This document shows positions 1 through 9,573 of a stretch of DNA of 34,721 nt, piece by piece (the first letter of the stretch is position 1; each line of letters opens with the position of its first letter). The notes under the pieces were generated by a model. It made no database searches and had not been told where the DNA came from. It saw nothing but the letters and a program-made list of their open reading frames with translations. Source of the stretch: a virus (Duplodnaviria > Caudoviricetes); IMG/VR virus record IMGVR_UViG_3300046788_000140, positions 1 to 34,721 of that record. One strand, written 5' to 3'. The position numbers and the translations under genes were made by a program.

Positions 1-1
1 G

Positions 2-262
2 GCGACCCGCACCGCCGACGCCGGACGCGACGCGACCTATCAGGCCGTGCGCGACCTCCGGACCGCCGTGTCGCTCGACCTCGCCGTCCGGGGCGCGAAC
101 CTCGCCTATCTCGTCGAGGTCTCGACCGCCGCCTCGATGCCGTCGCTCGCGGAAGCCTGGACGCTCTATCAGGACACGACCCGCGAGCCTGAACTCGTCG
201 CCGCTGCCGACGTCCGCCATCCGCTGTTCATGCCGCTCGACTTCGCCGGCCTCTCGCGATGA
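2..262 (+). CDS. Mu gp43-like DNA circularization/tail protein, C-terminal part (truncated at window start)
   Basis: Frame open from base 2. The C-terminus MPSLAEAWTLYQDTTREPELVAAADVRHPLFMP resembles Mu gp43-like C-termini. ATGA overlap with the next gene. Confidence 0.75.
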   Translation, partial: ATRTADAGRDATYQAVRDLRTAVSLDLAVRGANLAYLVEVSTAASMPSLAEAWTLYQDTTREPELVAAADVRHPLFMPLDFAGLSR

Positions 263-1473
263 GCGACGCGCACGGGGTTTCCTCCCACGGACCGCCCTCC
301 GGCTGGAACGACACCTTGACCCTGACGATCGGGAACCAGGTCCTTACCGGATGGCAACGCGTCTCCGTTTCGCGACCGCTCGCCGCGATCCCGTCCTCGT
401 TCGACCTGGAGGTGACAGAGAAGTATCCGAACGCGCCCGACATAGACGTTCAGCCGGGGCAGCCCTGCACCGTGAAGATCGGCGGGGATCTGGTGCTGAC
501 CGGATACGTCGACCGCTACACCGCACAGATCAACGCGGGCAATCACATGATCCGGATCAGCGGACGCTCGAAGTCGGAGGACCTCGTCGACTGTTCCGCC
601 GTCTTCGGCGACATCAATCAACCGGGGTTTCAACAGATCAACGGAACGACGCTCGCGATCGTCGAGCAACTCGCGAAACCCTACGGCATCACCGTGAAGA
701 CGAGCGCGGGCGACGGCGTGACGATCCCGCAATTCAACATCCTGCTCGGCGAGACGCCCTGGGAGATAATCGACCGGATCACCCGCTATTCTCAAATGAT
801 CGTCTACGATCTCCCGGACGGTTCGATCATGCTCGCGAAAGTCGGCACCGACTCGATGGCCTCCGGCTTCTCGCTCGGCGCGAACGTCGAGGAAGGCGAC
901 GTCTCGTTCTCGATGGACGGACGCTTCTCCGAGTATGAGGGGCATCTGACGTCCGTCCTGACCTTCGGCACGGAAGCCGGGGTGAACACGCCGGACGTGG
1001 GGAAGATCGTCAGGGACGAGGGCGTTCCGCGCTTCCGCAAGCGTTACGTGATCTCGGAGCAATTCGTGAACGGCAGGGACATCGTTTACGACCGCGCGGT
1101 CTGGGAGATGAACAAGCGGAAAGGGCAATCCTATCAGTTCAATGTAAAGTGCGACTCCTGGCGCGACAGCGCCGGCAAGCTCTGGGAAGTGAACAAGCTC
1201 GCGCCGATCCAGGCCGAAGCGCTGAAGCTCCGGAACGCGAACTATATCATCGCCGCCGTGACCTATACGCGCGACGAAAGCGGACAGCATGGGCAACTGA
1301 CCTTGATGCCGCCCGAAGCGTTCTTCGTCCAACCGTCCGGACCCCTCGGCCTCGTCACCGTCGAGGGCGTGACGCACGCGAACCCGACATCGCCGAACCC
1401 CGCGAACGCGACCGCCGCCGCACCGCCCGCGAAGACGACATTCAATCCGCCAGGACAGACCGCCTCAACATGA
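259..1473 (+). CDS. Mu gp44/P-like baseplate hub protein
   Basis: 404 aa with [31 protein letters not shown] and [10 protein letters not shown] motifs. Position in a Mu-like tail operon. Confidence 0.88.
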   Translation: MSDAHGVSSHGPPSGWNDTLTLTIGNQVLTGWQRVSVSRPLAAIPSSFDLEVTEKYPNAPDIDVQPGQPCTVKIGGDLVLTGYVDRYTAQINAGNHMIRISGRSKSEDLVDCSAVFGDINQPGFQQINGTTLAIVEQLAKPYGITVKTSAGDGVTIPQFNILLGETPWEIIDRITRYSQMIVYDLPDGSIMLAKVGTDSMASGFSLGANVEEGDVSFSMDGRFSEYEGHLTSVLTFGTEAGVNTPDVGKIVRDEGVPRFRKRYVISEQFVNGRDIVYDRAVWEMNKRKGQSYQFNVKCDSWRDSAGKLWEVNKLAPIQAEALKLRNANYIIAAVTYTRDESGQHGQLTLMPPEAFFVQPSGPLGLVTVEGVTHANPTSPNPANATAAAPPAKTTFNPPGQTAST

Positions 1474-2699
1474 CCGTATCCGATCGCCTGTATCGCCGCG
1501 TGCAGATGGCCTCCGCCGCCGTCACGATCACGTCGACCGACGACACCGGACCCGTGCACAAGGTCCAGGGCAAGGTGCGCGGCACGCCGGAGACGATCGA
1601 CAACCTTCAGGTGGTGCAACTCTACGGCATCGCTTCGCACGCCCCGATCGGCTCGGACGCGTTCGTCAGCTTCGGCAACGGCGACCGCTCGAACGGCGTC
1701 GTTCACGCGACCGCGAATCAAAAAGCCCGCCCCCGCAATCAAAAGCCGGGGGAGGTGACGATCTTCTCCGACGAAGGGGACGCGATCTCTCTGCAACGGA
1801 ACAACGTCGTCGCCGTGAAGACGAAGACGGCCAAAATCGCCGCCGAGACCGCGACGACGATCACGTCGCCGGACATCAAGGTGGGCGCTGGCACGTCGAG
1901 CCGTTCCGGAGCCGGCGACGTGGCACTCGACAACTCGAACCTGTCGCTCGCGTTCGAGCCTTCCGTGTCAAATCACGCCGTCACGAAACACTATTGCGAC
2001 GCGAACCGGGGCGGCGGAGCGACCGGACCGCCAGGACCAGCCGGCCCGACCGGACCGACCGGGGCGACGGGAGCGACCGGACCAGCGGGACCGCCAGGAC
2101 CGACCGGACCGACCGGACCGAAGGGAGACCAGGGGACGACGGGGGCGACCGGGCCACAGGGTCCGACCGGCGCCGCCTCGACGGTGCCAGGACCGACAGG
2201 GCCGACCGGAGCGACTGGACCACAAGGACCGCAAGGAACCACCGGCACCACGGGCGCCACGGGGCCGCAGGGGGTGCCTGGGGCAGATTCGACAGTCCCC
2301 GGACCTACCGGACCCCAAGGTCCGCAGGGGCCGCAGGGCAACACCGGAGCGACCGGAGCGCAGGGGCCAGCCGGGACGACCGGCGCCACGGGGCCACAGG
2401 GACCGCCTGGGGCCGCCTCGACCGTGCCCGGACCACAAGGACCCCAAGGGCCGCAGGGACCCGCAGGGCCGACCTATACGTTGCCGATCGCGTCGACGAC
2501 CGTCCTCGGCGGCATCAAAGTCGACGGGACGACGATCACCGTCGACGCCTCCGGCGTGATCAAGGCCAGGATGGGCGCGTCGCAGTGGGACGGCCTCGTC
2601 ACGGAGTTCGACGCCGCAGCGACCAGCGAACTCGACGAGCTTCGCGCCCTCGTCGCCGCCCTGACCGCCCGCGTCGCTGCGCTCGAGGCCCGCCCATGA
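1470..2699 (+). CDS. Mu gp45-like baseplate spike fused to a collagen-like stalk and a C-terminal coiled coil
   Basis: ATG 1470 overlaps the upstream TGA. N-terminal [38 protein letters not shown] is gp45-like. G-X-Y repeats at 2016-2474. Confidence 0.85.
   Translation: MTVSDRLYRRVQMASAAVTITSTDDTGPVHKVQGKVRGTPETIDNLQVVQLYGIASHAPIGSDAFVSFGNGDRSNGVVHATANQKARPRNQKPGEVTIFSDEGDAISLQRNNVVAVKTKTAKIAAETATTITSPDIKVGAGTSSRSGAGDVALDNSNLSLAFEPSVSNHAVTKHYCDANRGGGATGPPGPAGPTGPTGATGATGPAGPPGPTGPTGPKGDQGTTGATGPQGPTGAASTVPGPTGPTGATGPQGPQGTTGTTGATGPQGVPGADSTVPGPTGPQGPQGPQGNTGATGAQGPAGTTGATGPQGPPGAASTVPGPQGPQGPQGPAGPTYTLPIASTTVLGGIKVDGTTITVDASGVIKARMGASQWDGLVTEFDAAATSELDELRALVAALTARVAALEARP
2016..2474 (+). repeat. 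Collagen-like G-X-Y coding repeat (47 triplets, three STVP interruptions)
   Basis: Translation [12 protein letters not shown]...GPQGPAGPT, interrupted after GAA, GAD and GAA by STVP. Confidence 0.95.
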
Positions 2700-3292
2700 C
2701 CGGCTGGATCGAGGAAGCCGGACTGCCGCTGCCGCAAGCGGACGGAACGCTGCCGCCCGCGACCTGTGCCGGAGACATCCTCATTCAGTGGGACAACACG
2801 AACGCGATGGGCGACTGGTCACTCGCGGACGGGGATCTTCAGTCCGGACAGGACCTCGAAACCGCCTGCCTCGTCAGCCTGTTCACCGATCGCCTCGCGA
2901 CGCCCGACTTCGTTCCGACAGACGGGACCTCCGATCGCCGGGGCTGGTGGGCCGACCTTTATTCCGATCAGCCGCTCGGTTCGAACCTCTGGCAACTCGA
3001 CCGCGCGAAGAAGACGCGCGACACCCTCGGCCTCGCGCGACGCTACGCACAGGACGCGCTGCAATGGCTGATCGACGACTCGGTCGCGTCCTCGGTCGTC
3101 GTTGATACGCGCTGGCTCGACAACGCGATCGGCGGAACCATGATGGGCATCGCCGTCGCGATCACGAAGCCGGACGGATCGCTGACCCGCTTCGTCTACG
3201 GCTGGGCGTGGGACAACCTCGCGACGCTCCGCGCGGTCGCGCAAGGACCCCCAATCGCCGCCCTTCCCCTCGCGCGTAGGATCGCCGCCTGA
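2696..3292 (+). CDS. Mu gp46-like baseplate protein
   Basis: ATG 2696 (ATGA overlap). [33 protein letters not shown] and [12 protein letters not shown] are gp46-type motifs. Confidence 0.9.
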   Translation: MTGWIEEAGLPLPQADGTLPPATCAGDILIQWDNTNAMGDWSLADGDLQSGQDLETACLVSLFTDRLATPDFVPTDGTSDRRGWWADLYSDQPLGSNLWQLDRAKKTRDTLGLARRYAQDALQWLIDDSVASSVVVDTRWLDNAIGGTMMGIAVAITKPDGSLTRFVYGWAWDNLATLRAVAQGPPIAALPLARRIAA

Positions 3293-3294
3293 TG

Positions 3295-3831
3295 CTATTC
3301 GCTGGCCGCAAACTCTCCCCATCTAGCGCGCGCCGCCTCGACGTAAGCCGCGTGGGCAGCCTCGGGGGTGTCGAACACTCCGAGATGCACCGCCCGTCGA
3401 TCAACAGTAATCCGCGCGATGAACCTCTGACCGTGCGGCTTAACGCCTTTGATACCGAGCCGATTGTGGCGACGCGCGCCGACGTTGGCGTTGTTCTGCG
3501 CTTGGGTGGCGTCGCGGAGATTGGACCAGCGATTATTCAGCCTGTCGCGATCTCGGTGATCGACTTCGACAGGATCGAGGCCGGTCATAAGCTTAAAGAT
3601 CAAGCGGTGCGCCTTGTAGCAAATACCATCAAGTTCGCCCGCCCGCCCGTTCCCGTCGCGGGTGACCTTGCCGAACAAGCGTCCCGCGCTCTGGGCGTTG
3701 AAAGCCGCGTGGACGTTCGGACGACTGAAATGTCCGCGCGGTCGTTCGCGCCATCGCAGCGCCCCGCTTTCCAGATCGTAATCGAAGCACTCGCGCAGAT
3801 ATTCACGGGGTGGCAACGGACGCGGGTTCAT
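3295..3831 (-). CDS. HNH homing endonuclease with C-terminal AP2 domain, antisense to the tail operon
   Basis: LRECFDYDLESG, YKAHRLIF, VDHRDRDRLNNRWSNLR and HLGVFDTPEAAHAAY. GAGG RBS before ATG 3831. Confidence 0.9.
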   Translation of the reverse strand: MNPRPLPPREYLRECFDYDLESGALRWRERPRGHFSRPNVHAAFNAQSAGRLFGKVTRDGNGRAGELDGICYKAHRLIFKLMTGLDPVEVDHRDRDRLNNRWSNLRDATQAQNNANVGARRHNRLGIKGVKPHGQRFIARITVDRRAVHLGVFDTPEAAHAAYVEAARARWGEFAASE

Positions 3832-3850
3832 TGGTTCCTCCGACTGGGGA

Positions 3851-4963
3851 GTGTGTGTCATCCCGTTTGCTAGGCCAACTCTGACCGCGCTCCGCAACCA
3901 AGCGATCGAGGACGTCACGTCTTCCGGGGTGCCCGGTCTCGACGGACTGCTTCGGAACGCCGTCCTCCGCGTCCTCGCCTGGGTCATGGCCGGGCTGGCC
4001 TATAGCGTCTATGGCTACCTCGACTGGATCGCGCGACAGTCCGTCCCGTTCACCGCGACCGACGAGTTTCTCTATGCCTGGGCCGCGCTGATCGGGGTTT
4101 ATCAAAAGGACAGTTCGCCCGCGTCAGGCAGCGCGCAGTTCACCGGCACTGCCGGGCTCGTCCTGCCTTCCGGCACCGCGCTGACCCGCCAGGACGCCGT
4201 GCCCTACACGACCACCGCGGATGGCACTGTCGACGCGACCGGCCTGTTGATCGTTCCGATCGTCGCCGCCGTGAACGGAGTCGGGACGAACGCCGACGCC
4301 GGAATCCCGATCGGGATCGACACGCCGATCGTCGGGATCAACGGCGGAGGCGTCACCGGAACGTCGCTGACCGGGGGCGCCGATCAAGAGACGCAAGCCG
4401 ACTTCCGCACACGGATGCTGTTCCGCTACGCGCAACCGCCGCAGGGCGGGGCCGCGTCGGATTACATCGAATGGGCGCTCGAAGTTCCGGGCGTGACCCG
4501 CGCCTGGATACAATCGAGCGCCGGACAAGTTCAGGTTTATCCGATGTTCGACGCAGCGAACGCCGCGCATAACGGCTTCCCGCAAGGAACCGACGGCTGC
4601 GCCAGTGAAGAAACGCGAGGACCGACCGCAAGCGGCGATCAGCTTAACGTCGCCGAACATCTGTGGCCGCTCCAACCCGTGACCGCGCTCGTCTTCATCG
4701 CCGCGCCCGTGCCGTTCTCGATCGACGTGACGATCGGCAGCCTCGATCCCTCGACCGTCGAGATGGAGACCTCGATCCGCGCGTCGCTCGCGGACGCGTT
4801 CCTCGCCTTCGGCGAAGTCGGCGGCACGATCTATCCCTCGCAGCTTTACACCGCGATCAGCGGCACGCCGGGGGTGAACCGCTTCGACATGACGATCCCC
4901 GCCGCGCCAGTCGTCGCGCCAGCCGGAGCGCTGCCAGTCATGGGCACCCTCTCGGTGATCTGA
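3851..4963 (+). CDS. Baseplate J / Mu gp47-like wedge protein (true start uncertain, 3851 GTG or 3860 ATC)
   Basis: PFARPTLTALR, YGYLDWIARQ, GGADQET..FRTR and PPQGGAASDYIEWALEVPGVTRAW. Confidence 0.9.
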   Translation: MCVIPFARPTLTALRNQAIEDVTSSGVPGLDGLLRNAVLRVLAWVMAGLAYSVYGYLDWIARQSVPFTATDEFLYAWAALIGVYQKDSSPASGSAQFTGTAGLVLPSGTALTRQDAVPYTTTADGTVDATGLLIVPIVAAVNGVGTNADAGIPIGIDTPIVGINGGGVTGTSLTGGADQETQADFRTRMLFRYAQPPQGGAASDYIEWALEVPGVTRAWIQSSAGQVQVYPMFDAANAAHNGFPQGTDGCASEETRGPTASGDQLNVAEHLWPLQPVTALVFIAAPVPFSIDVTIGSLDPSTVEMETSIRASLADAFLAFGEVGGTIYPSQLYTAISGTPGVNRFDMTIPAAPVVAPAGALPVMGTLSVI

Positions 4964-5631
4964 TGCCGCTGCCCGTCGCGTCCGCGACCGATTACCTCTG
5001 GCAGTTTCAACGCCTGCTGCCGCGTGGCCGCGTCTGGCATCGCGGATGGGGCACGGTGCAAGCGGAGCAACTGCTAGCGCTGATGCCGACCTGGGCGCGG
5101 CTGCACGCGCGCGCCGGGGAGGTGATCGGTGAAACCTTCCCGTGCAGCGTCGCCGCAGAGATGTTGCCGGAATGGGAAGCAACTCTCGGATTACCAGACT
5201 GTGAACCGCTGACCACGATCCAACAGCGACAGGCGGCGGTGTGCGCGAAATTCTCGATGCGCGGCGGACAGTCCATACATTATTTCATCGAGCTTGCCGC
5301 CGCGCACGGTTTCACAATTCAGATCGCAACATTTTCCGCGTTCCGCGTCGACATCAACCGCGCCGACGAACCGCTCTACGATAGCACATGGGACTATGCC
5401 TGGACGGTATTCTCGGCAGAGGAAACCTACGTTTACTTCCGCACCGACGACTCGCACGCCGGCGAGCCGCTGATAGCTTGGGGCAACGCGGAGCTTGAAT
5501 GTCTGATCCGTATGTATGCGCCAGCGCACACCGTTCCAATGTTTGAGTATCATTACCCGTTCTCGCAGTGGGACGAAGGCGCTTCGGAATGGGACGACTT
5601 CACATCAATCTGGGATGAATGGGCACCATGA
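4963..5631 (+). CDS. Mu gp48 / YmfQ (DUF2313)-like baseplate protein
   Basis: TGATG coupling. LLPRGRVW, EMLPEWEATLGLPD, GGQSIHYFIELA and LECLIRMYAPAHT. Confidence 0.88.
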   Translation: MPLPVASATDYLWQFQRLLPRGRVWHRGWGTVQAEQLLALMPTWARLHARAGEVIGETFPCSVAAEMLPEWEATLGLPDCEPLTTIQQRQAAVCAKFSMRGGQSIHYFIELAAAHGFTIQIATFSAFRVDINRADEPLYDSTWDYAWTVFSAEETYVYFRTDDSHAGEPLIAWGNAELECLIRMYAPAHTVPMFEYHYPFSQWDEGASEWDDFTSIWDEWAP

Positions 5632-6830
5632 CCTCAGCGATTGATCCCTCAGTTCCCGTAACCGGAACGCCGACCACGGCGAGCGTCCGCGCCAATTTTC
5701 AGCACGCTTATGATGAAATCATAGCGCTGCAAAACGCTATCCCTCTCGCCTCGACGACGCCGCCAATCATGGACGCCGCCGCCGCTGTCGGCGTCGGGGG
5801 CACGTGGGCGAGGTCCGATCACGCGCATCCGAGCGATACCAGCCGCTATCCCACATCTAACCCTTCGGGCTATCAGACCGCCGCGCAAGTGGCTCCAGCC
5901 TATAACGCTACCGGAAGGAACGTCCTTCACAACCCGCTTTTTAATATCGGACAGCGCGGCAACGGGCCTTGGACGACGGCGAATACATACACCGCCGATC
6001 GCTGGCAGATCAGCAACTCGTTTGACACGATGAATGTGTCAATCCAGGCGGCGAATGACGGGATACGGACCGCTGTCAACGATGAAAGCGCAGCCAATTT
6101 TCTGGACGTTTTTTTTACGGGCAACGCGAACGCAAATTCCTATACCGTCTTATTCCAGCCTATCGACAACGTTCGGCGACTGGCTGGCAAGACCGTCACG
6201 GTCTCGTTTTACGCCTACTCCAGCGCGCAAACAAAGATCGGTGTCAGCATCGATCAGAATTTCGGCACAGGCGGATCGCCGTCTGCTCCAGCGTTTAATA
6301 GTAACGGCATTTCGATAACAACCGGCGCGGTATGGGGCCGATACTCTGTCACGTTGGCAGTGCCAAGCGCGAGCGGCAAGGTCGTCGGAACAAACGGCAA
6401 CGACTTTTCACAGTTAAATATATGGTTGAGTTCAGGGAGCGCTGTTGCTCCCCGCTCCGGTAATGTCGGCGTGCAGGCTGGCGAGGTTCAGCTATGGGGC
6501 TTGCAGCTAGAGGTTGGCAGCGTGATGACGCAGCTAGAGAAGCCAGACCCCGGATATGATCTTGCAAATGCGCGGCGCTTTTATGCCACTGGATACTTTA
6601 ACTACTTCGGCAGCACGGGCGCCGTGAACTCGAACATAAGCGTCACTCAATCGTTTTCCGTAGGTATGAGGGCGACGCCAACGATAACCACCTCAGGGAC
6701 CTCGGTGGTGAATCTTACTGGCCCAAATGTTACCCCGGCCACCCCCACAGGCTTCTACATCGCAGGAGTGACCGCAGGGCCGGGGTCGTTTGGGTATTAC
6801 GGAACCTACCAAGCGTCCGCCGATCTTTAA
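5628..6830 (+). CDS. Tail fibre / receptor-binding protein 1
   Basis: ATGA coupling. ARSDHAHP fibre motif and a GRNVLHNPLFNIGQRG...YTADRW...QLEVG beta-sandwich-type domain. Visibly lower GC. Confidence 0.7.
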   Translation: MTSAIDPSVPVTGTPTTASVRANFQHAYDEIIALQNAIPLASTTPPIMDAAAAVGVGGTWARSDHAHPSDTSRYPTSNPSGYQTAAQVAPAYNATGRNVLHNPLFNIGQRGNGPWTTANTYTADRWQISNSFDTMNVSIQAANDGIRTAVNDESAANFLDVFFTGNANANSYTVLFQPIDNVRRLAGKTVTVSFYAYSSAQTKIGVSIDQNFGTGGSPSAPAFNSNGISITTGAVWGRYSVTLAVPSASGKVVGTNGNDFSQLNIWLSSGSAVAPRSGNVGVQAGEVQLWGLQLEVGSVMTQLEKPDPGYDLANARRFYATGYFNYFGSTGAVNSNISVTQSFSVGMRATPTITTSGTSVVNLTGPNVTPATPTGFYIAGVTAGPGSFGYYGTYQASADL

Positions 6831-6843
6831 GGACACATGCAAA

Positions 6844-7032
6844 ATGCAACCATACCAACTCGTCGCACCGCTCCCCGGCATGACGGTGCACGCCGTGGAG
6901 CGTCGCAGTGATGGCGCCGTCATTCCCTTCGACGGAGGAAACCGCGATTACACGGAATATCTGGCGTGGGTCGAGCAAGGCAACGCAGCCGACCCGCCGA
7001 CGCCCGTCCCCTCGCAGACCGGCCAGGAATAG
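6844..7032 (+). CDS. Small tail-fibre-associated (chaperone-like) protein
   Basis: IPFDGGNRDYTEYLAWVEQGN motif typical of small proteins following phage fibres. AAGGA RBS. Confidence 0.65.
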   Translation: MQPYQLVAPLPGMTVHAVERRSDGAVIPFDGGNRDYTEYLAWVEQGNAADPPTPVPSQTGQE

Positions 7033-7037
7033 GCAAC

Positions 7038-7895
7038 ATGCACCGCATAGACGATCCGACCGCCGTTCCGACACTCCCCGCGCCACGCCCGCAGGGCACG
7101 CCGGGATATTTCACAGGAGGCTCGCCGGGATCGAGCGGTTTCGCCGCGACCGTGGTTCGTTATGAATTTATGAACGCGCTTCAAGAGGAAGTCTCCGCCG
7201 TCATAGAGGCGACTGGAATCGCGCTCGACAAGACGAACAACAGTCAATTGCTCGCCGCCATTCGGGCCGGGGCCGGACCGCGCGGTATAAGTGTATTCAC
7301 GAGTTCCGGCACGTTTACCGTCCCGGTCGGCGTAGGCAGGGTCAAGGTGACGGTGGTAGGTGGCGGCGCCAGCGGCGGCTCGATGGGCACGACTGGCGGA
7401 TGGACCGGCAGCGGCGGCGGCGCTGGTGGTGCCGCTATCAAATACGTCTCCGGCCTTACCCCTGGCAATACCGTCGTCGTTACAGTCGGTCAGGGCGGCG
7501 CATCGCCCGCCGGTTCCACGACGACCCCTGGCGGGCTGAACGGCAACCCCGGAGGCACTTCAAGCTTTGGCGCGTTTTGCAGTGCCACAGGCGGCAAGGC
7601 CGGCGTGGGTGCCACTGGAGGAAACCCGTATGGTATCGGCGACGGGGGCCTGGGGTCTGGCGGCGACCTTAATTTTGAAGGTGGCGCCGGGATCGACGCG
7701 CAGGGAAATGGCACCGTCCCTGCCGGAGGTGGGGGCGGTAACAGCATATTTGGTGGCGCTGGAAGGGCGGCGACCGCCCGCGTCGCTTCTGAACAAGACG
7801 GCGGAGCCTATGGCGCTGGTGGCGGTGCGGCTTACTCCGCGCCGTCCCTCATGGGTGGCGCTGGTGCAAGTGGTGTCGTCATAATTGAATGGTGA
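7038..7895 (+). CDS. Tail fibre 2 with Mu gp49-like anchor and glycine-rich C-terminal domain
   Basis: MHRID..GYFTGG..ATVV..FMNALQEEV anchor, FTSSGTFTVPVGV..VVGGG and a GASGVVIIEW end. Confidence 0.8.
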   Translation: MHRIDDPTAVPTLPAPRPQGTPGYFTGGSPGSSGFAATVVRYEFMNALQEEVSAVIEATGIALDKTNNSQLLAAIRAGAGPRGISVFTSSGTFTVPVGVGRVKVTVVGGGASGGSMGTTGGWTGSGGGAGGAAIKYVSGLTPGNTVVVTVGQGGASPAGSTTTPGGLNGNPGGTSSFGAFCSATGGKAGVGATGGNPYGIGDGGLGSGGDLNFEGGAGIDAQGNGTVPAGGGGGNSIFGGAGRAATARVASEQDGGAYGAGGGAAYSAPSLMGGAGASGVVIIEW

Positions 7896-7899
7896 AGCA

Positions 7900-8472
7900 A
7901 TGACACAATACGCCCGCATCACCGATACCGTCGTGGTCGAATTGTTCACACCGCCCGATGGTGTGCCGATCTCGGATTGCTTCGCGCCCGAGATTGCGGC
8001 GCAGTTCGCTCCGGTGCCCGCCGACGAGCCGGTCGAACTCGGATGGACCTATGACGGCACGACGTTCGCGCCGCCCGTTCCCGTCCCGCCTAGCGCGGAT
8101 CAGGAAGTGATTGTGCGCCGCGCGACAGGAATCGCGACGACCTCGACCGGCACCCCAGCGGCGAGCGCGACATATCCTCTCGACGGTGGCGCCGTCGCGT
8201 TACTCGGTTCGTTCGCGCGCGACGTCGCTTCGGGACTAGGACTGCCAGATGATCAGGTGCCGCCGCCTGGGGGGATCAGGACGCCGAGGGCCGGTGGCGT
8301 GACCGTCGAATATCCCGACATTGACGGGATCACTCACGCGCTAACCGCCGAACAAGTGACCGCCCTCTACACCGCGCAGCGGGACGTGCTAGCGACCCTC
8401 TCGACGCAAGCCGGCGTGATGGACGATGGCGGCACGCCAGCGTGGCCGGATCAGACCGCGACGATCCCGTGA
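7900..8472 (+). CDS. Tail fibre assembly / chaperone-like protein
   Basis: YARI....VVE and GWTYDGTTFAPP motifs. Directly after fibre 2. Confidence 0.6.
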   Translation: MTQYARITDTVVVELFTPPDGVPISDCFAPEIAAQFAPVPADEPVELGWTYDGTTFAPPVPVPPSADQEVIVRRATGIATTSTGTPAASATYPLDGGAVALLGSFARDVASGLGLPDDQVPPPGGIRTPRAGGVTVEYPDIDGITHALTAEQVTALYTAQRDVLATLSTQAGVMDDGGTPAWPDQTATIP

Positions 8473-8500
8473 AGCGCTCCCTCGTCGCCTTAGACGCCGA

Positions 8501-8755
8501 TCACCCGGACGATCGCCCGCTAGATCGACCTGGGGGACGCCCCTGCGGACGGCCCACAGGGCCGCGAGGCGGCATCCGCTCCCCTAACCCCTCCCGCCGC
8601 CGCATCGCCGCTAGGCGCCTCGCCAGGGCGCGCGCTGGACAATCCTCGCGCGTCGGGTCCTGACAGTCCGCGCACTCGCCGCGCATCGCCTGCCGGAGCA
8701 AACTCAGAATGTTACAGGCGGGGCAGAACCAAACGACGAGACCGCCGTCGTTCAT
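8501..8755 (-). CDS. Small Cys-rich hypothetical protein (CPAC...CADC)
   Basis: ATG 8755 overlaps the upstream stop (ATGA). Two CxxC motifs. Confidence 0.45.
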   Translation of the reverse strand: MNDGGLVVWFCPACNILSLLRQAMRGECADCQDPTREDCPARALARRLAAMRRREGLGERMPPRGPVGRPQGRPPGRSSGRSSG

Positions 8756-9030
8756 GGCGCCCGATCCGGAAAGCGCGCGCCGCCCCGTCCCTCGACGACC
8801 GCGCGAGCGCAAGCGTCCGCGTGAGCTTGCAGCCGCTCGATCAGTTGCAACGCTTGATTCGCCGTCAGCCCGATAATGACCTGACCGCAGTTCCCGCCAG
8901 GACGCGTGTTGAACGTCAACAGCACGTCGCCGCGATCCGCGAACGTCGTCACATTCGCATGGGCCGGTTCGTCGATCAGCACGATACCGCCCGGAAGGAT
9001 CGCACCGGGGACTGATCGTTCGCCGCTCAT
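8752..9030 (-). CDS. Hypothetical protein
   Basis: 92-aa ORF with a GAGG RBS, coupled in the leftward operon. Confidence 0.55.
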   Translation of the reverse strand: MSGERSVPGAILPGGIVLIDEPAHANVTTFADRGDVLLTFNTRPGGNCGQVIIGLTANQALQLIERLQAHADACARAVVEGRGGARFPDRAP

Positions 9031-9064
9031 GAGTCCCTCGCGTCGATCAGGATCGCGCGCTGCA

Positions 9065-9403
9065 TCACGCGACCCCCTTCCGCCGCTGCTCGACCTTCAT
9101 CACGTTCTCCGCGATCACGCGATCCGACCAGGGGCCGAACCGTTCGCCGTCGACGACGCAATACCAGCCGTCCGACTCCTTCCGGACGCCAGCCCCCGGA
9201 CCCGACGCACCCGGAGGAAGCTCGTCGGGCATCGCGGACCCGATCGCCCGTCCGGACGCGGACAGGACCCGCGCCAGGAACCCGAGAACGATCAACGGCA
9301 GGACGATGAACAGCAGCGCCGCGCCGACACCTAGGCCCGCGATCACGCCAAGCGGCCCAAGCACGATTGCGAGCAAGATCAGGATCAAGAGGAACTTGAT
9401 CAT
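9065..9403 (-). CDS. Membrane protein (long hydrophobic N-terminus, small soluble C-terminal domain)
   Basis: MIKFLLILILLAIVLGPLGVIAGLGVGAALLFIVLPLIVLGFL. ATGA coupling. Confidence 0.65.
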   Translation of the reverse strand: MIKFLLILILLAIVLGPLGVIAGLGVGAALLFIVLPLIVLGFLARVLSASGRAIGSAMPDELPPGASGPGAGVRKESDGWYCVVDGERFGPWSDRVIAENVMKVEQRRKGVA

Positions 9404-9573
9404 GCCGCGACCCTCCCCCGATGACGCGAGAGAGCCGCCCCGACCTTGCTCATGGCACCTTGGAGATCGGTGTCCGTTCGATGATCTCCCGCCTCGACCG
9501 CGAGCTTCCGCGCCGCGCGTAGGACTTCCATCGCGATCTCTAGCCTAGCCTCGATCCTAGCGTCCTCCGTCAT
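9400..9573 (-). CDS. Small hypothetical protein (MTEDARIEARLE...)
   Basis: ATG overlaps the integrase stop (TAATG) with GGAGG upstream. 57 aa. Confidence 0.55.
   Translation of the reverse strand: MTEDARIEARLEIAMEVLRAARKLAVEAGDHRTDTDLQGAMSKVGAALSRHRGRVAA

Noticed and set aside
169-1377. Long antisense ORFs here and at 4124-5182, 15533-16465, 28669-30084 and 30225-31337
   Set aside because: Shadows of real genes caused by high-GC codon bias, with no recognisable motifs.
1149-1469. Upstream extensions in the ORF track (for example 1149, 1994, 4663, 22727, 27322, 28111 starts)
   Set aside because: Arg-rich out-of-frame overlap with the upstream gene. Coupled starts at the upstream stop codons fit better.
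2016-2474. Dense short repeats as a CRISPR array or non-coding tandem repeat
   Set aside because: Period of 9 nt, in frame, fully explained by collagen G-X-Y codons. No unique spacers and no cas genes.
3292-3873. 193-aa plus-strand ORF, or a self-splicing intron in baseplate J
   Set aside because: It is the antisense shadow of the HNH-AP2 gene. I see no group I/II core motifs, and the endonuclease is antisense to the transcript.
5628-8472. Diversity-generating retroelement or invertible fibre cassette
   Set aside because: No reverse transcriptase, no TR/VR pair, no invertase and no inverted fibre copy seen.
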